From positions 1-52,291 of the forward strand of contig JAUCBJ010000210.1 of the NCBI GenBank assembly GCA_032718475.1: 52,291 bases of DNA, written 5' to 3'. This DNA is from Nemertoderma westbladi. Lineage: Eukaryota; Animalia; Xenacoelomorpha. Below, in pieces: positions 36,801 through 48,724 of the stretch (position 1 is the stretch's first letter; each line of letters starts with the position of its first letter). The translations under genes and the position numbers were made by a program. The notes under the pieces were generated by a model that ran no database searches, was not told the DNA's origin, and saw only the letters and a list, made by a program, of their open reading frames with translations.

Positions 36801-39800
36801 TACCGCGTACCGGTACAGCGGTACTCAAAGTCGTACCGGTATTGTCGTAATTGACAAATGCAGGATTAAACCGTAACCCGTTCCAGTACCGGTACCATAT
36901 GCATCTGAACGACTGGACGGTTAATCTCATAGCATAGCTGCATAGGCCTACTGGTAGTCAGTGCGAAGTCGCCTGCGAACATGGCGAAATATTATATTTA
37001 CTGCTAGGGCTAGGCTAGGACCTACTGCTGTACTGACCTATGACAGTATGAAGATAGGCAGATAGGCCTACAGTGGTCAGGTAGTACCGGTCCGGTATGC
37101 CTACTACAGGCAGACAATCAGACAGTACTAGCAGTGCTAATTAATTACCTTAATTAAATCTTCAATTAGGTCATAATGTAGGTCCAAATTTAAAAATCGG
37201 CCTCCGTTAATCGATTTACAAATAATTCAGGTACCTCCATGCCAAATATCAGAATCATTCATTGCGTTCCCTATGACAAGATAGCTTTTTCCTAAACCAT
37301 GCGAAAACACGCAAATATAGCGCTCACATCGCACAAATACCATCTCGACACCCAATTTTTTGTATGAGCCTTCGCCATCCCTATATCTAACTTTTGTCCA
37401 AATTTTGTTTCGATTGATTAATAAATAACTGAGATATCGCTCTGGACACACACACACACACACACACACACTAACACACACACACACACACATTACGGTA
37501 ATAATGGTCACCTATGTCAAGGACCGTGAACCAATAAAATAATAATAAATGTGATATATAATTGATATTCATGTTTGCCATTTTTCTTAATTCACCAACT
37601 TAGTAGGGTAAATCTGGTGTATATAGCGACAGTGAATACTTGATGATAAGTATTTTACCAGTAATTAATATACCCAACCAACCAACCATTAACCTAAACA
37701 AATATGGTGCATCAGCATCATTTGCCCTATAATTTTGAAAACATTCACATAATCATACGTACTTCTGCTATTGGGTTAATTTTAATGAAACATTAGGCCT
37801 ACTGAAAATTCTTCATGTTTACTGGGTCCACCAACGTCGTTTGTAATGTGCCAAATAGCAATAGTTGGCATGAATATAAAATCCATCATAAGTATAAAAA
37901 TAAATTATTAAAAGAATATAAAAATATATTATAAAAAGAATATAAAAATAAATTATAAAAAGAATATAAAAATTTGAATGACCCACTTTTGGTACCGGTA
38001 TATACCTGATACCCATAGGTTAATTAAATTAACTCATTAGAACTGCGATGATCGATTAAGATCAAGATTAGAGTGATTATTTCTCGAGATATTGCACATT
38101 AAAAAGAATACATCCCTAATTAAAATTACCTCACAATCAAGAATAATGCTCATCTGAACCACATTTATCGATTTAGTGGGATAGACACCGATTTCTTTTG
38201 TCAAACACTGTTTTGCTTGCCAAAATACTTCACAGGCATTTTTATTCTCAACATAAGGCTGGCCTCACACGAGCAAGTTTTGTTGCGGAAATTTGTTTCT
38301 GCAAAATGTTGCTGGCCCCTTCACATGAGCAACTTTTGTAACTGGGGATATCCCACTAGAGGCGCCACTTTTTCTCGCGCTTGTGGGCCTCGCAGTTTAC
38401 AAGAGTGGCGGCCCAAACCCTAATTAAAGCAGTAATTAAATTTAAGAAATAAGAAATTTAAGAAATTGTGTGGAATTTCTTAAAATAGAGCCTCAAGACT
38501 TAGGGTTAGGATTTAATTACTGCTTTAATTATGGCTTGTGCCTGACCAACAAACCCTAACCAAAAAAACAAACGAATATATCCCAGTCTGTAAGTCAGTA
38601 AACTACAAAACACCCCAATCACTAAGTAGCCTGAGTAATAAAGGTCGTACTGCTGTATGTTTTCCATATGAAAAGTGGCGCCTGTAGTGTGAAAGATCCT
38701 GTAACTGCATTGCAACAAAAATTGCACGTGGAGCCTTGCTTAAGGAACCATTGTGTGAGGGCAAATGATGCATTCTATTAACCAGCAACCAACACAATAT
38801 TATCCTACTCAATTCAATTAAACCAACATCCATCATGTAACGATTTTTCCAAGCTCCTCATCCAACTCAGCAACACCTTTAGTAAATAGTTTATTCGAAG
38901 ATGAATTGACGAGTGAAGTGTAATCATCGGCCCCCCTGTCATATTTTAAAACCATGGCTCCGCTAACCCATCTGCCCATCCATAATTGTTGGATCCGTAA
39001 AAGAACACCCAGTAGGGTCTAGAACTTTTCGGCGTTCCATATGGCTCACATATTCGACTAGGCCAAAATTTGTCCCGTTTCTTAAGTTTGACCCAAACAG
39101 AATCTCCAACTTGGTAACTATCACGAACATCCTGATCCTCACAATCAGAAACAACATCAGAGACAACATCAGCGTCAGAGACAAGAGACAACAAAGACAA
39201 GTTTACAAAAAATAAATAGAGAGGAATAGAGGGAATCCCTCCCCCGAATTTAGTTGTAGTTTAGCCCTAGGGGCCTACCGCCTTCTGTACCACTGTACTG
39301 GGGAAGGTGCACCGGTAGACTGGTAGATACACAGAAATTGCTGAATAACAGTTCAGCCTCCATAAATTTTGTAGTTTGTAGTATGCACGCTTGCATGGCC
39401 TTTCAGCCTTTGCAGCTTTGGCTGTTTGGCCTTTAGTAGAGATCGCTATGGGCAGGCTTCCTGGAAAACACGCAACAGCGCAACGGCGCAACAGCGCAAC
39501 AGCCCAATAACCAATGAACAACATTGGCGCAACAGCGCAACAACCTAAGATTGGTTTATACATTCCACTCTAATTCTATTGGCTTGTACATTCTGTTGCG
39601 TTCTATGACATTCCATTTCTGTTGCGCCGATGGCGCAACAGAGTATTTCTACTCAGTATGCATAAACTTTTGTTCTTATAAAACATAAAATGTTGTTATA
39701 GAAGAGTGAACAGTTATTGGTGGCGTGGTTATTTGCAATTATTGCCGTTTCTAATTCAGTGTATTTAAATGTAAATTGTTGATTTCATTAGTTATTTGTT

Positions 39801-42800
39801 TTATTGTATAATTTTAATAAAAAGAGAGTTGAGTTCAATTCAATCCAATGCAGAGCTATACCGAGCTAAAACCGTCCTATACCAAACTATAGTGATGCCA
39901 TAGAGCTATAACGACATATACCGGGCTAATAACGACCTACACCGTAGAGTGTAGCTTTATTCGAAATATTTCACGATGAACGAGGTGTATTATTTTGAAG
40001 TAATATCCTCTACGCTATGGTGGAGTTTTTAACCGAACTGAGTTGCTTCGTCCATCGTCCCGGCTCCGGATATCCGAAACCTCCACGGGATGATATCAAG
40101 GCAATAAAACAGAACACAAATAATCCGCTATGCAAATGTAAACCCATTTTGCACTTGGAACTGGAATAGAAAAGTAGAAACTCAGTGAGTCCTTGGTAAT
40201 GGTGATAATTGTGATGCTAGAATTATTAATCTCTCTACCGGCCCTGTACAGCCAGACAGCGGGTTGTAATCACAACGGTAACACTAAATAATATCAGTTA
40301 GGCGCGCAGACTAGACAAACCTACACTTTGCTTATGGTTGCACGGAAACCGGCACAGGTAGCCAGCCTACTGCTAAACAGAGCATCTTGACGGGACACAC
40401 ACACACTGCCCTGCTGCACACGGGTGTACATACACTGTACTGCTGTATGCAGACCTACACCTACTGACATACCATACAACTGTACAAGGAATGAAAAACC
40501 GGCACAGGTAGCCAGCCTACTGCTAAACAGAGCATCTTGACGGGACACACACACACTGCCCTGCTGCACACGGGTGTACATACACTGTACTGCTGTATGC
40601 AGACCTACACCTACTGACATACCATACAACTGTACAAGGAATGAAAGAGTCTGCCTGTGCGTTGCCAACACTACAGCACTACCTGATAGCCTGACTACTG
40701 GCTGTCAGCTGATGCAATAACCAGTATTTTCATGTATTTCTGTATTTTTAGGCCTAACTTCTGGGTATAACTTTTGCGTAGAGGTATAGCCTACATAGAG
40801 GCTACATGTAGGTATGTGTAGCCTACATGTAGATGCACGTGTAGGGTGAATGTAGGTAGGTGTAGGTAGGTCTTTAAAAACAACAATGATGAATGAATAG
40901 GCCTACACGGGGTACCCGGACCCGAACTTCTTCGATGAGATGCGAATGCGGCGAACGGGGGTGGTACCCGGAACAACCAGGAAGAGATGCGCATATGGCG
41001 GGCGGTGGTACCCGAAACAACCAGGAGGAGATGCGAATACGTCGAAGGGGGGTCCCCTGAATACCCACGAGACGGAGCCTATCAATGCTACAGTACTGAC
41101 AAAGGAAAAAAAGAACTGAACGATATACCGATACATACTGTAGATCTTATGATCCTGCGGGTTCAGGCATGGAGGCTAATGACTTTGTATGGGCCAAACG
41201 GCCCGAACCTGATGTTTCCAGTCAAGGAGGAATCGACTAACGGTTAGGGTTAGAGCTCGTCGTCGGTGTCCATGAGGGTCTGAGGATGAGTGGGTAATTC
41301 AACAAAACGCTAACAATGATACCGGACTGACTGATTGAACCAGAGTGGCGATGGTAGTCGCTGATGTATATATATTATATATATTATATATATCATGTAT
41401 TGATTGTTAGTAGATATTTTTTATAGTATTTGTTTATTATATTGTCTTCAATGTCTACTGTATATTGATAATATTGTGTGCTGTGCTGATTTTACTTATT
41501 TTTCATTTTATAAATCTTGCTGTGGCCGTTTTAATCTACTAAACTGCCGTATCAATTTCATGATATTTTAATGGATATGCAATTTAACTTCTTCTTTCTA
41601 TTACCTTTCAATGCAATCAAATATAACTGTAAAAAGCTATTGACTTTCGTGTTATTGTTTTGCTGTTACTTCGAGATGGGATTTGAATCCCATCGGATTA
41701 CTGATTAATTCCCATCATCGAGATGGGAATACTTTATAATGAAACAGTGTGGTGGTCCGCGGGATAGTGGGAAGGGATGGGACTGTTGCTGGTTGGTGGA
41801 ATGTGACTGCCTGAAAAATTAAAACAAACAAAACTTCCAGACTTCTATATTTTTACTTTCAAAACAAAACGTCCAAAACATTTCAATGCTGAAGTACTGT
41901 TCAAGTCCCATGGATGTATGGTTGATAAACAGATAAAGAGGGGCAGAGGGGGGTCAGGGTTTCTGGTAGACTATAGTCCCCGCGATGATGGCTGTTCTTG
42001 TTTAGGTTACTCTTACTCAATAAACATATAAATCAGAACGAGTTAATCTAATGGAACGATGCCTTTCGTGGCGTTAGCATATACTCAAATTTATTAGGGC
42101 ATAATATTTATGACGAGTAAGGGACTTTAGTATAATCAGAACGCGATGTTTGATATTTATACAGTACTGCAGTATGCAGTAAAACCTGTTGTCTGACAGC
42201 AGACAGGTCTGCAGGTTGATGTACCGTATTGTACCGTGGAGATCAGAGATTATTGCCATACATCCTGATTGACGACCGTGTATCACGTTACTGCAAGTTG
42301 ACACATAAATTACATTAATATCTATGGGACTACACCTACCTACATTCACCCTACACGTGCATCTACATGTAGGCTACACATACCTACATGAAGCCTCTAT
42401 GTAGGCTATACCTCTACGCAAAAGATATACCCCTAACTTCTCATGTTCTCTGCTTGTTGCGCCATCGGCGCAACAGAAATGGAATGTCATAGAACGCAAC
42501 AGAATGTACAAGCCAATGGAATTAGAGTGGAATGTATAAACCAATCTTAGGTTGTTGCGCTGTTGCGCCAATGTTGTTCATTGGTTAGTGGGCTGTTGCG
42601 CTGTTGCGCCGTTGCGTGTTTTCCAGGAAGCCCTATGGGCAGATGGGCGTGGCGGTTGGGGCCATACACTACTGAACTGTCTGCCTGTTACCGGTACTGT
42701 AACTGTTACTGTAACATTTTAGTTAGCCTAATATGTGATACCGGTACTGCGGTACTGTATTAATTTGATCTAATTTATGATTCAAATGAATTTAGAGAGA

Positions 42801-45800
42801 GAGAGAAACAGAAAACAGTTGAGAAATACCGGTAACAATAGCGTCAGTCCTGCAACGTTACAACAAATATTTCAGTCTCGCCCAACAATACAAACAAATA
42901 ACTACAGCACTAGCGATTACGGCATTAGCGTAATACGCGCAAGCTTTCCCTAGGGTTACTACCCGAATTAACTGAAGGAGGCACAGAGCCCTTTACGTGT
43001 CCCCTTCCCTTCCTAAGGTCAGCCAGCGGTAATACCATGCAGCAATATGCTTGCGGTCCCATGTCCAGCCCCGCATTTCAGATCCCGTTCATCTCTCTGT
43101 CGCCGCCCCGGTAGCGCTCCCGGCGCCCCTTCCCTTCTTAGCCTATCATGCTGGCTTTATTAGCACTGCCGTGCAAGCTTCTCAATCAGCAGTCTGACAA
43201 GCAAAGCAGGGTGCAATTAAGCATCCATCAAGATTCAGTCATTTAAAACTCATTGATACTAGCACCAATCAGTAGCGGTATTATTTTATATATATCCAGA
43301 GTCTGATGTATGCAAAACATTTACTAAATTTACAAACACGTTCAGCAAACACGGAATATAAAACTAGGTACCGGTACAATTAATACAGAATTCAAGATGG
43401 CGGATTTCAAGATGGCGGACAAAGATGATGACAATCTAAAAATATAACAAGATAAGAACTAATCACCGCCTAGGAAAGCCCGCATTGCACCATTTAACAC
43501 AAACAAGCAAATTTATACAGAAATCCAATCAAAATACAGTAGGACGCAAATATACAGTATTATTAAGTGAACGTAGGTATAATTTAAGCCCTTTAACTAA
43601 AATATATACAATTTTTTGAATGTAACTAACAATTACATACAATTTAACTTAATTCTCCCCCTTTTCTACTGTATAACGGGCCGATTCCAAACAAACGCCG
43701 TATTTCGTAACACTTATCACCATTTATAAAATGACAACCGGGGTCATTCCATAAAATCGTAGTTTAAATGGGTTTCGAATATTTTTTACTAAAACCGCGA
43801 ATTTTATAAAAACCGCGATTTGTTGTGAAATATTTTGAAAACCGGGGTCATTCCATAAAACCGTAGTTTAAATGGGTTTCGAATATTTTTTACTAAAACC
43901 GCGAATTTTATAAAAACCGCGATTTGTTGTGAAATATTTTGAAAACCGGGGTCATTCCATAAAACCGTAGTTTAAATGGGTTTCGAATATTTTTTACTAA
44001 AACCGCGTATTTTATAAAAACCGCGATTTGTTGTGAAATATTTTGAAAACCGGGGTCATTCCATAAAACCGTAGTTTAAATGGGTTTCGAATATTTTTTA
44101 CTAAAACCGCGTATTTTGTAAAAACCGCGATTTGTTGTGAAATATTTTGAAAACCGGGGTCATTCCATAAAACCGTAGTTTAAATGGGTTTCGAATATTT
44201 ATTTTTCGAAACTATTGTATAATTTTTTGCAAATGAAACCGTGGTTTAAAATTAAACTAAATCAAAACCGAGGTTATAGTGCCACTTGATAATGCATGAA
44301 AAAAAATCAATATGAAACCCTGGTTTATGTTTGTCTTACCGTAGTTTTTTACTTTAAACAACGGTATTTGTAAAGACCGCGGTTGTGTTTTTTCAGTGTA
44401 AACTTGTGACTCTAACTAAACTAAACTGAAAGCCTACTGGAAAATGTGTCGATTTTTGTTTTCATTGTTTTAATTTTCCATTGCCTAAATGCACTCGTAA
44501 ATTTCAAGTTTAACTGTATTGAACTTTTTGTACAAAAAATTCCGGTTCCGGTTCCGGTAAAATTGGTCTCATTCCGGTTCCGGTTGCGGTAAAAATGTAA
44601 TTCCGCCCGACTCCTAATACTACACTCGATGTACATCTCGGTAAACCCTGTTGCATCTCATCTCTGTAATTTTAATAGTTATATATAATTCCAGTTTGAA
44701 TTCTCCCTTTATTGTATTTAGTTTATATCTCGTTTTTACAGGAAGAGATCCGTTCTCGCCATGCAGCTCTAAGGACTCACCAACGGCTAGACACTGACTC
44801 AGTTGAACTCGTGAGAGAACGAGCTGTACAAGAGAAGTTGGCCAAACATATAGAGAATATGAATGAGAGACGGCGAAATCCTAAAGGTACTGCTGCTCAA
44901 GAGATGGTGGCAGCCGAGAGAGAGTTAAATATTGTAAGTTTATATAGGGAGCGGTAAATATTGTAAGTTTATATAGGGAGCGGTAAATATTGTAAGTTTA
45001 TATAGGGAGAGATAAATATTGTAAGTTTATAGGTAAATATTGTAAGTTTATATAGGGAGCGGTAAATATTGTAAGTTTATATAGGGAGCGGTAAATATTG
45101 TAAGTTTATATAGGGAGAGGTAAATATTGTAAGTTTATATAGGGAGCGGTAAATATTGTAAGTTTATATAGGGAGCGGTAAATATTGTAAGTTTATATAG
45201 GGAGCGGTAAATATTGTAAGTTTATATAGGGAGCGGTAAATATTGTAAGTTTATATAGGGAGCGGTAAATATTGTAAGTTTATATAGGGAGCGGTAAATA
45301 TTGTAAGTTTATATAGGGAGAGGTAAATATTGTAAGTTTATATAGGGAGCGGTAAATATTGTAAGTTTATATAGGGAGCGGTAAATATTGTAAGTTTATA
45401 TAGGGAGAGGTAAATATTGTAAGTTTATATAGGGAGCGGTAAATATTGTAAGTTTATATAGGGAGCGGTAAATATTGTAAGTTTATATAGGGAGAGGTAA
45501 ATATTGTAAGTTTATATAGGGAGCGGTAAATATTGTAAATTTATATATTTTTATTCCAAAATTGTAACATTACTCAACTCCTTTAGTAACAGCGAGTTGT
45601 TATTTAGAACTTTACAACTTTAGAGGACATTACAGCATTGTATTGGCCTGTACATTTAGTATTATATTTGGTATTATTGTTTACGTGGTATCCCATGACG
45701 GCGTTAAGTAATGGCCACTAAGGGGACAGGGGACATTTACTTAACGCCGTTATTGGATACCACGTAAACAATAGGTGGAAATTTGCCTGACAGCCAGATA

Positions 45801-47049
45801 GGCCAACTGCATTACCTACCGGTAGGCGGGGTATAGCTATTAATAACCAGTAGGGCCTAGCTATATTATTATAACATGGCTCCAAAACGCCACCATAAAT
45901 ATAAGCAACTTATTTTTATAACATAATTTATGTCATTTTTACAATTATTTATACAGCAACTAATTTAATTTGGGCTGTTTCTATCACTTATAATACAAAT
46001 ACAATCATTTCGTAATGTTAAAATTTTGGAATAAAACTACATACATACTTGTTGCAAAGTACTTTACAGTGTTATGATCCTCGTGGCTTTATTTTCACTC
46101 ACTCACTAATGTTCGTTCGTGTAACAAAGCCACTCGGATCATCACACTGACAAGTGCTACTTTAAACGTATGTCACGTACACGTTTACACGTATGTCACG
46201 TACACGTTTACACGTATGTCACGTACACGTTTACTCGTATGTCACGTACACGTTTACTCGTATGTCACGTACACGTTTACTCGTATGTCACGTACACGTT
46301 TACACGTATGTCACGTACACGTTTACTCGTATGTCACGTACACGTTTACTCGTATGTCACGTACACGTTTACTCGTATGTCACGTACACGTTTACTCGTA
46401 TGTCACGTACACGTTTACACGTATGTCACGTACACGTTTACACGTATGTCACGTTCACGTTTACTCGTATGTCACGTACACGTTTACTCGTATGCCACAT
46501 GTCACGTACACGTTTACTCGTATGTAAATCCTACAACTCATACAATGTTGATTTATAAAATACAAATTCAGTGTCAATACCTGCCTTGTCGTCAATCTCA
46601 CATACTGATTACCGTCTGTTTCTTTTGGTTGGGGTGCAGATTGAAGAAAGGCCCCTTTCTTTGATTGATTGGCGGTTTTGTTAAATTTATTAAATCAGAT
46701 TTTGTGAGAATCGCTCAATTTTAATTTGTGTCCCAGAACTGAGCTTCGTTCTGCGGAAAGGCTACACGAACGTGTTACACTCTGCCTACAGGAATGCCAA
46801 CATTTCTGCTCGAAAAAATGTGTTCGAGTTGATGGCGTCTTAGCTTCTGTATACTCATGAGTTGACATTTATTAAAAGTTTTGTTTTGAATATTATATTA
46901 AGTATTGCTAAAAAAAATACAGTTTTTCTCAGCTCAATTTATTTTGATATAAAAACTTCTTCAATTTTCAGGCTAAGGAACTTCAACGTGAATTGGAAGC
47001 TTCGCGAATGGCGACGGAATACCGTTTCAGAGCATTTACAGCCAATTAG
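27738..47049 (+). CDS. LRRC27: LRRC27-like leucine-rich-repeat protein, 10 coding exons, 454 aa
   Basis: Phase-consistent GT-AG exons 27738-27828, 28566-28726, 29254-29508, 29709-29831, 31553-31650, 31790-31903, 34211-34318, 34491-34635, 44742-44933, 46972-47049 (1365 nt); LPNLRWLDLRFN...IEFPAQQVLAKG..YLR resembles LRRC27. Confidence 0.8.
28566..28726 (+). CDS. LRRC27: LRRC27-like exon 2 (first LRR)
   Basis: tgtag| acceptor, LILSNLKLEEIP, gag|gtaaaa donor. Confidence 0.85.
29254..29508 (+). CDS. LRRC27: LRRC27-like exon 3 (LRRs)
   Basis: LxLxxNxL repeats; cag| acceptor, caa|gtaaaa donor. Confidence 0.92.
29709..29831 (+). CDS. LRRC27: LRRC27-like exon 4 (LRR C-cap VLAKGTRFICKYLRE)
   Basis: ccag| acceptor, cag|gttaga donor, phase 0. 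Confidence 0.8.
29902..31411 (-). mobile_element. internally deleted piggyBac in intron 4
   Basis: TTAA|ccctttcgatccc ... gggatcgaaaggg|TTAA; remnant at 30284-30649 encodes the C-terminal Cys-rich domain (RCRHCG..KCSIFLC..RNCFLDYH). Confidence 0.92.
31553..31650 (+). CDS. LRRC27: LRRC27-like exon 5
   Basis: tttag| acceptor, VFESGSDESEDW.., |gtgagt donor, phase 2. Confidence 0.75.
31790..31903 (+). CDS. LRRC27: LRRC27-like exon 6
   Basis: ttccag| acceptor, |gtgagt donor, phases 2/2. Confidence 0.75.
34211..34318 (+). CDS. LRRC27: LRRC27-like exon 7 (KFEEERRLAKLR)
   Basis: ttacag| acceptor, ag|gtgagt donor. Confidence 0.8.
34491..34635 (+). CDS. LRRC27: LRRC27-like exon 8 (DKELLRQWR)
   Basis: cgcag| acceptor, aag|gttcgg donor. 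Confidence 0.75.
35430..36225 (+). repeat. left subterminal ~180-bp tandem array
   Basis: recurrent aaccaaggttttaaaacctatgaaaccatggtttgtgttaattaaattacgg. Confidence 0.85.
36461..37537 (+). mobile_element. Helitron/HINE-like element with (CA)n microsatellite
   Basis: aacaag start; subterminal IR ggttcacggtcct (36482) / aggaccgtgaacc (37520); (CA)n at 37446-37492. Confidence 0.55.
38833..39140 (-). pseudogene. PWWP-domain exon, frameshifted
   Basis: YQVGDSVWVKLKKRDKFWPSRI..YWVFFYGSNNYGW; a second frame continues VLKYD...NKLFTKGVAELDEEL (C-terminal helix). Confidence 0.8.
40346..40646 (+). repeat. 150-bp tandem duplication
   Basis: accggcacaggtagcc...acaaggaatgaaa at 40348 and 40498. Confidence 0.92.
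40763..42432. mobile_element. second MULE-like element nested in the first, ~103-bp TIRs
   Basis: TIRs 40763-40865 / 42330-42432; 9-bp TSD CTAACTTCT (40754-40762, 42433-42441). Confidence 0.9.
43736..44200 (+). repeat. right subterminal ~104-bp tandem array, about 4.5 copies
   Basis: aaccggggtcattccataaaaccgtagtttaaatgggtttcgaat repeated. Confidence 0.92.
44742..44933 (+). CDS. LRRC27: LRRC27-like exon 9 (coiled-coil-like)
   Basis: tttacag| acceptor, EEIRSR...ERELNI, |gtaagt donor. Confidence 0.82.
44926..45547 (+). repeat. 29-bp minisatellite, about 21 copies, containing the exon-9 splice donor
   Basis: unit taaatattGTAAGTttatatagggagcgg. Confidence 0.97.
45549..46163 (+). mobile_element. 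Helentron/HINE-like element
   Basis: subterminal IR ttttattccaaaattgtaacattac / gtaatgttaaaattttggaataaaa, then 3' hairpin (~46056-46160); inverted copy at 26794-27411. Confidence 0.72.
46167..46525 (+). repeat. 23-bp minisatellite, about 15 copies
   Basis: unit cgtatgtcacgtacacgtttact. Confidence 0.97.
46972..47049 (+). CDS. LRRC27: LRRC27-like last coding exon (AKELQRELEASRMATEYRFRAFTAN*)
   Basis: ttttcag| acceptor, phase 0, TAG stop. Confidence 0.8.
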   Translation, partial: AKELQRELEASRMATEYRFRAFTAN

Positions 47050-47332
47050 ATTCTTCGGTAAGACGTCAAGTCAACGAAATAGTAACAATGGGTTACCATA
47101 ACGACCACTAAGTAAACACTGTGGTTGCCGTCCTACCACCACTGCCTAATATTTCACATTTTAAGTACCTTGGTTGATCTTTTTAAGTTGCAAGGTCCAG
47201 CTTAAAAAGTAATTATCCATTACTATTTTTTAAACATTTACAGTATACAACAACAACAATATACGAAGTCTGTATTACGAAATGCAAAATCGATGCACTT
47301 ATAAACGAAGTATGTTAAGTCTCGATCTAATG

Positions 47333-47784
47333 TAGGGTTGCCACTCATCTGGAATGCCTGGAAAACCTGGAATAGTCAGGGAATTTCATTTTTTCTTGAA
47401 ATGACAGGAAATTCGTGTAAAAAAATGAACAAACAGTTAAAAGTCGTGGAATTTGATATACAGGACAAGGTGTCATAAGCGAAAATGGGTATAATTTTCT
47501 CTGCTCGCTTTTTCTCGCCATTCCTTTTCACTAAATCTCTTAAACTCTATTTGCTTCTTTGTCAATGTTATGGGTGTGTGTTGTGGTTGTTTGCCAATAT
47601 CTTAATAGAAGGACTCGCTAATTATTTCTATGTAATTTTATTTGTATTTTAATAAGCTATTCAATAAGATAAAGTGGACAATATATATTCTATAAAAATA
47701 GTGGACATCCTGCAGTCAGATATTTTTACAAAGTCAGGGAAAAGTCAGATGGGATATTGAAACTGAAATAGAGTGGCAACCCTG
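47333..47784. mobile_element. hAT-like MITE
   Basis: TIR tagggttgccactc / gagtggcaaccctg; TSD not preserved. Confidence 0.7.
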
Positions 47785-48080
47785 TCAGTGTTTCTGAAAC
47801 AAGAGAATATACCGTAATATACGTACCGGTACGTAATTTTTACTCAAAGTTAATGGTTTTAGAAATTTTATTTTCATGCATCTTCTATACCAATTGCTAT
47901 CAATTGATGTCAGTGTCCAGAATATTGGTAGAATATTTAAAGCCAGGCCTTTCAAACTTTAAAAGTTGAATTCGTATTACTTTTTGCAACTTTTCGTGAC
48001 ATCCAGCCAAGGATAATTGGTGCACCGGTGCGGTGCTTACGTATTACACCGGTGCATCGGTGCTTGCATATTACACCATT

Positions 48081-48611
48081 CGTTTATTCGAGGAGGGCGT
48101 TTATTCGAGGAGGGCGTTTATTCGAGGAGGGCGTTTATTCGGGAAGGCGTTTATTCGTGGATGGCGTTTATTCGAGGAGGGCGTTTATTCGAGGAGGGCG
48201 TTTATTCGGGGAAGGCGTTTATTCGGGGAAGGCGTTTATTCGGGGAAGGCGTTTATTCGGGGAAGGCGTTTATTCGGGGAAGGCGTTTATTCGGGGGAGG
48301 CGTTTATTCGGGGAAGGCGTTTATTCGGGGAAGGCGTTTATTCGGGGAAGGCGTTTATTCGGGGAAGGCGTTTATTCGGTGAAGGCGTTTATTCGGGGAA
48401 GGCGTTTATTCGGGGAAGGCGTTTATTCGGGGAAGGCGTTTATTCGGGGAAGGCGTTTATTCGGGGAAGGCGTTTATTCGGGGAAGGCGTTTATTCGGGG
48501 AAGGCGTTTATTCGGGGAAGGCGTTTATTCGGGGAAGGCGTTTATTCGGGGAAGGCGTTTATTCGGGGAAGGCGTTTATTCGGGGAAGGCGTTTATTCGG
48601 GGAAGGCGTTT
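48081..48611 (+). repeat. 17-bp minisatellite, about 31 copies
   Basis: unit ggcgtttattcggggaa. Confidence 0.97.
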
Positions 48612-48724
48612 CAGTTCCAAATTGTGTGGTTCTCGTGGGGGTGTTTATGTTTATGTTTATTTTCAGCATTTTAAATCTAAATACCCTAATAAAGAATTTT
48701 GTTAAATTCAAGAAAACAAGTGAA

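Larger units (their letters stand above)
39455..42632. mobile_element. MULE-like non-autonomous element, ~180-bp TIRs
   Basis: TIRs 39455-39640 / 42455-42632; 9-bp TSD CTATGGGCA (39446-39454, 42633-42641). Confidence 0.9.
35251..44398. mobile_element. CACTG-ended CMC/EnSpm-like non-autonomous element
   Basis: TA|cactgaaaaa ... tttttcagtg|TA; long subterminal tandem arrays rich in aaaccg/cggttt at both ends. Confidence 0.8.
34929..44616. mobile_element. hAT-like MITE (~540 bp own sequence) split by nested insertions
   Basis: imperfect TIR gagtcgagcggaatt / aattccgcccgactc; 8-bp TSD ATACTACA (34921-34928, 44617-44624); ttccgg subterminal repeats. Confidence 0.75.

Noticed and set aside
43393-43418. 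Tandem CAAGATGGCGG YY1-like motifs
   Set aside because: Common in animal repeats; no evidence of function here
44926-48611. Tandem arrays as CRISPR arrays
   Set aside because: No unique spacers, no cas genes, eukaryotic context
46170-48705. ORFs of 103-225 aa in several frames
   Set aside because: Artefacts of stop-free 23-bp and 17-bp minisatellites
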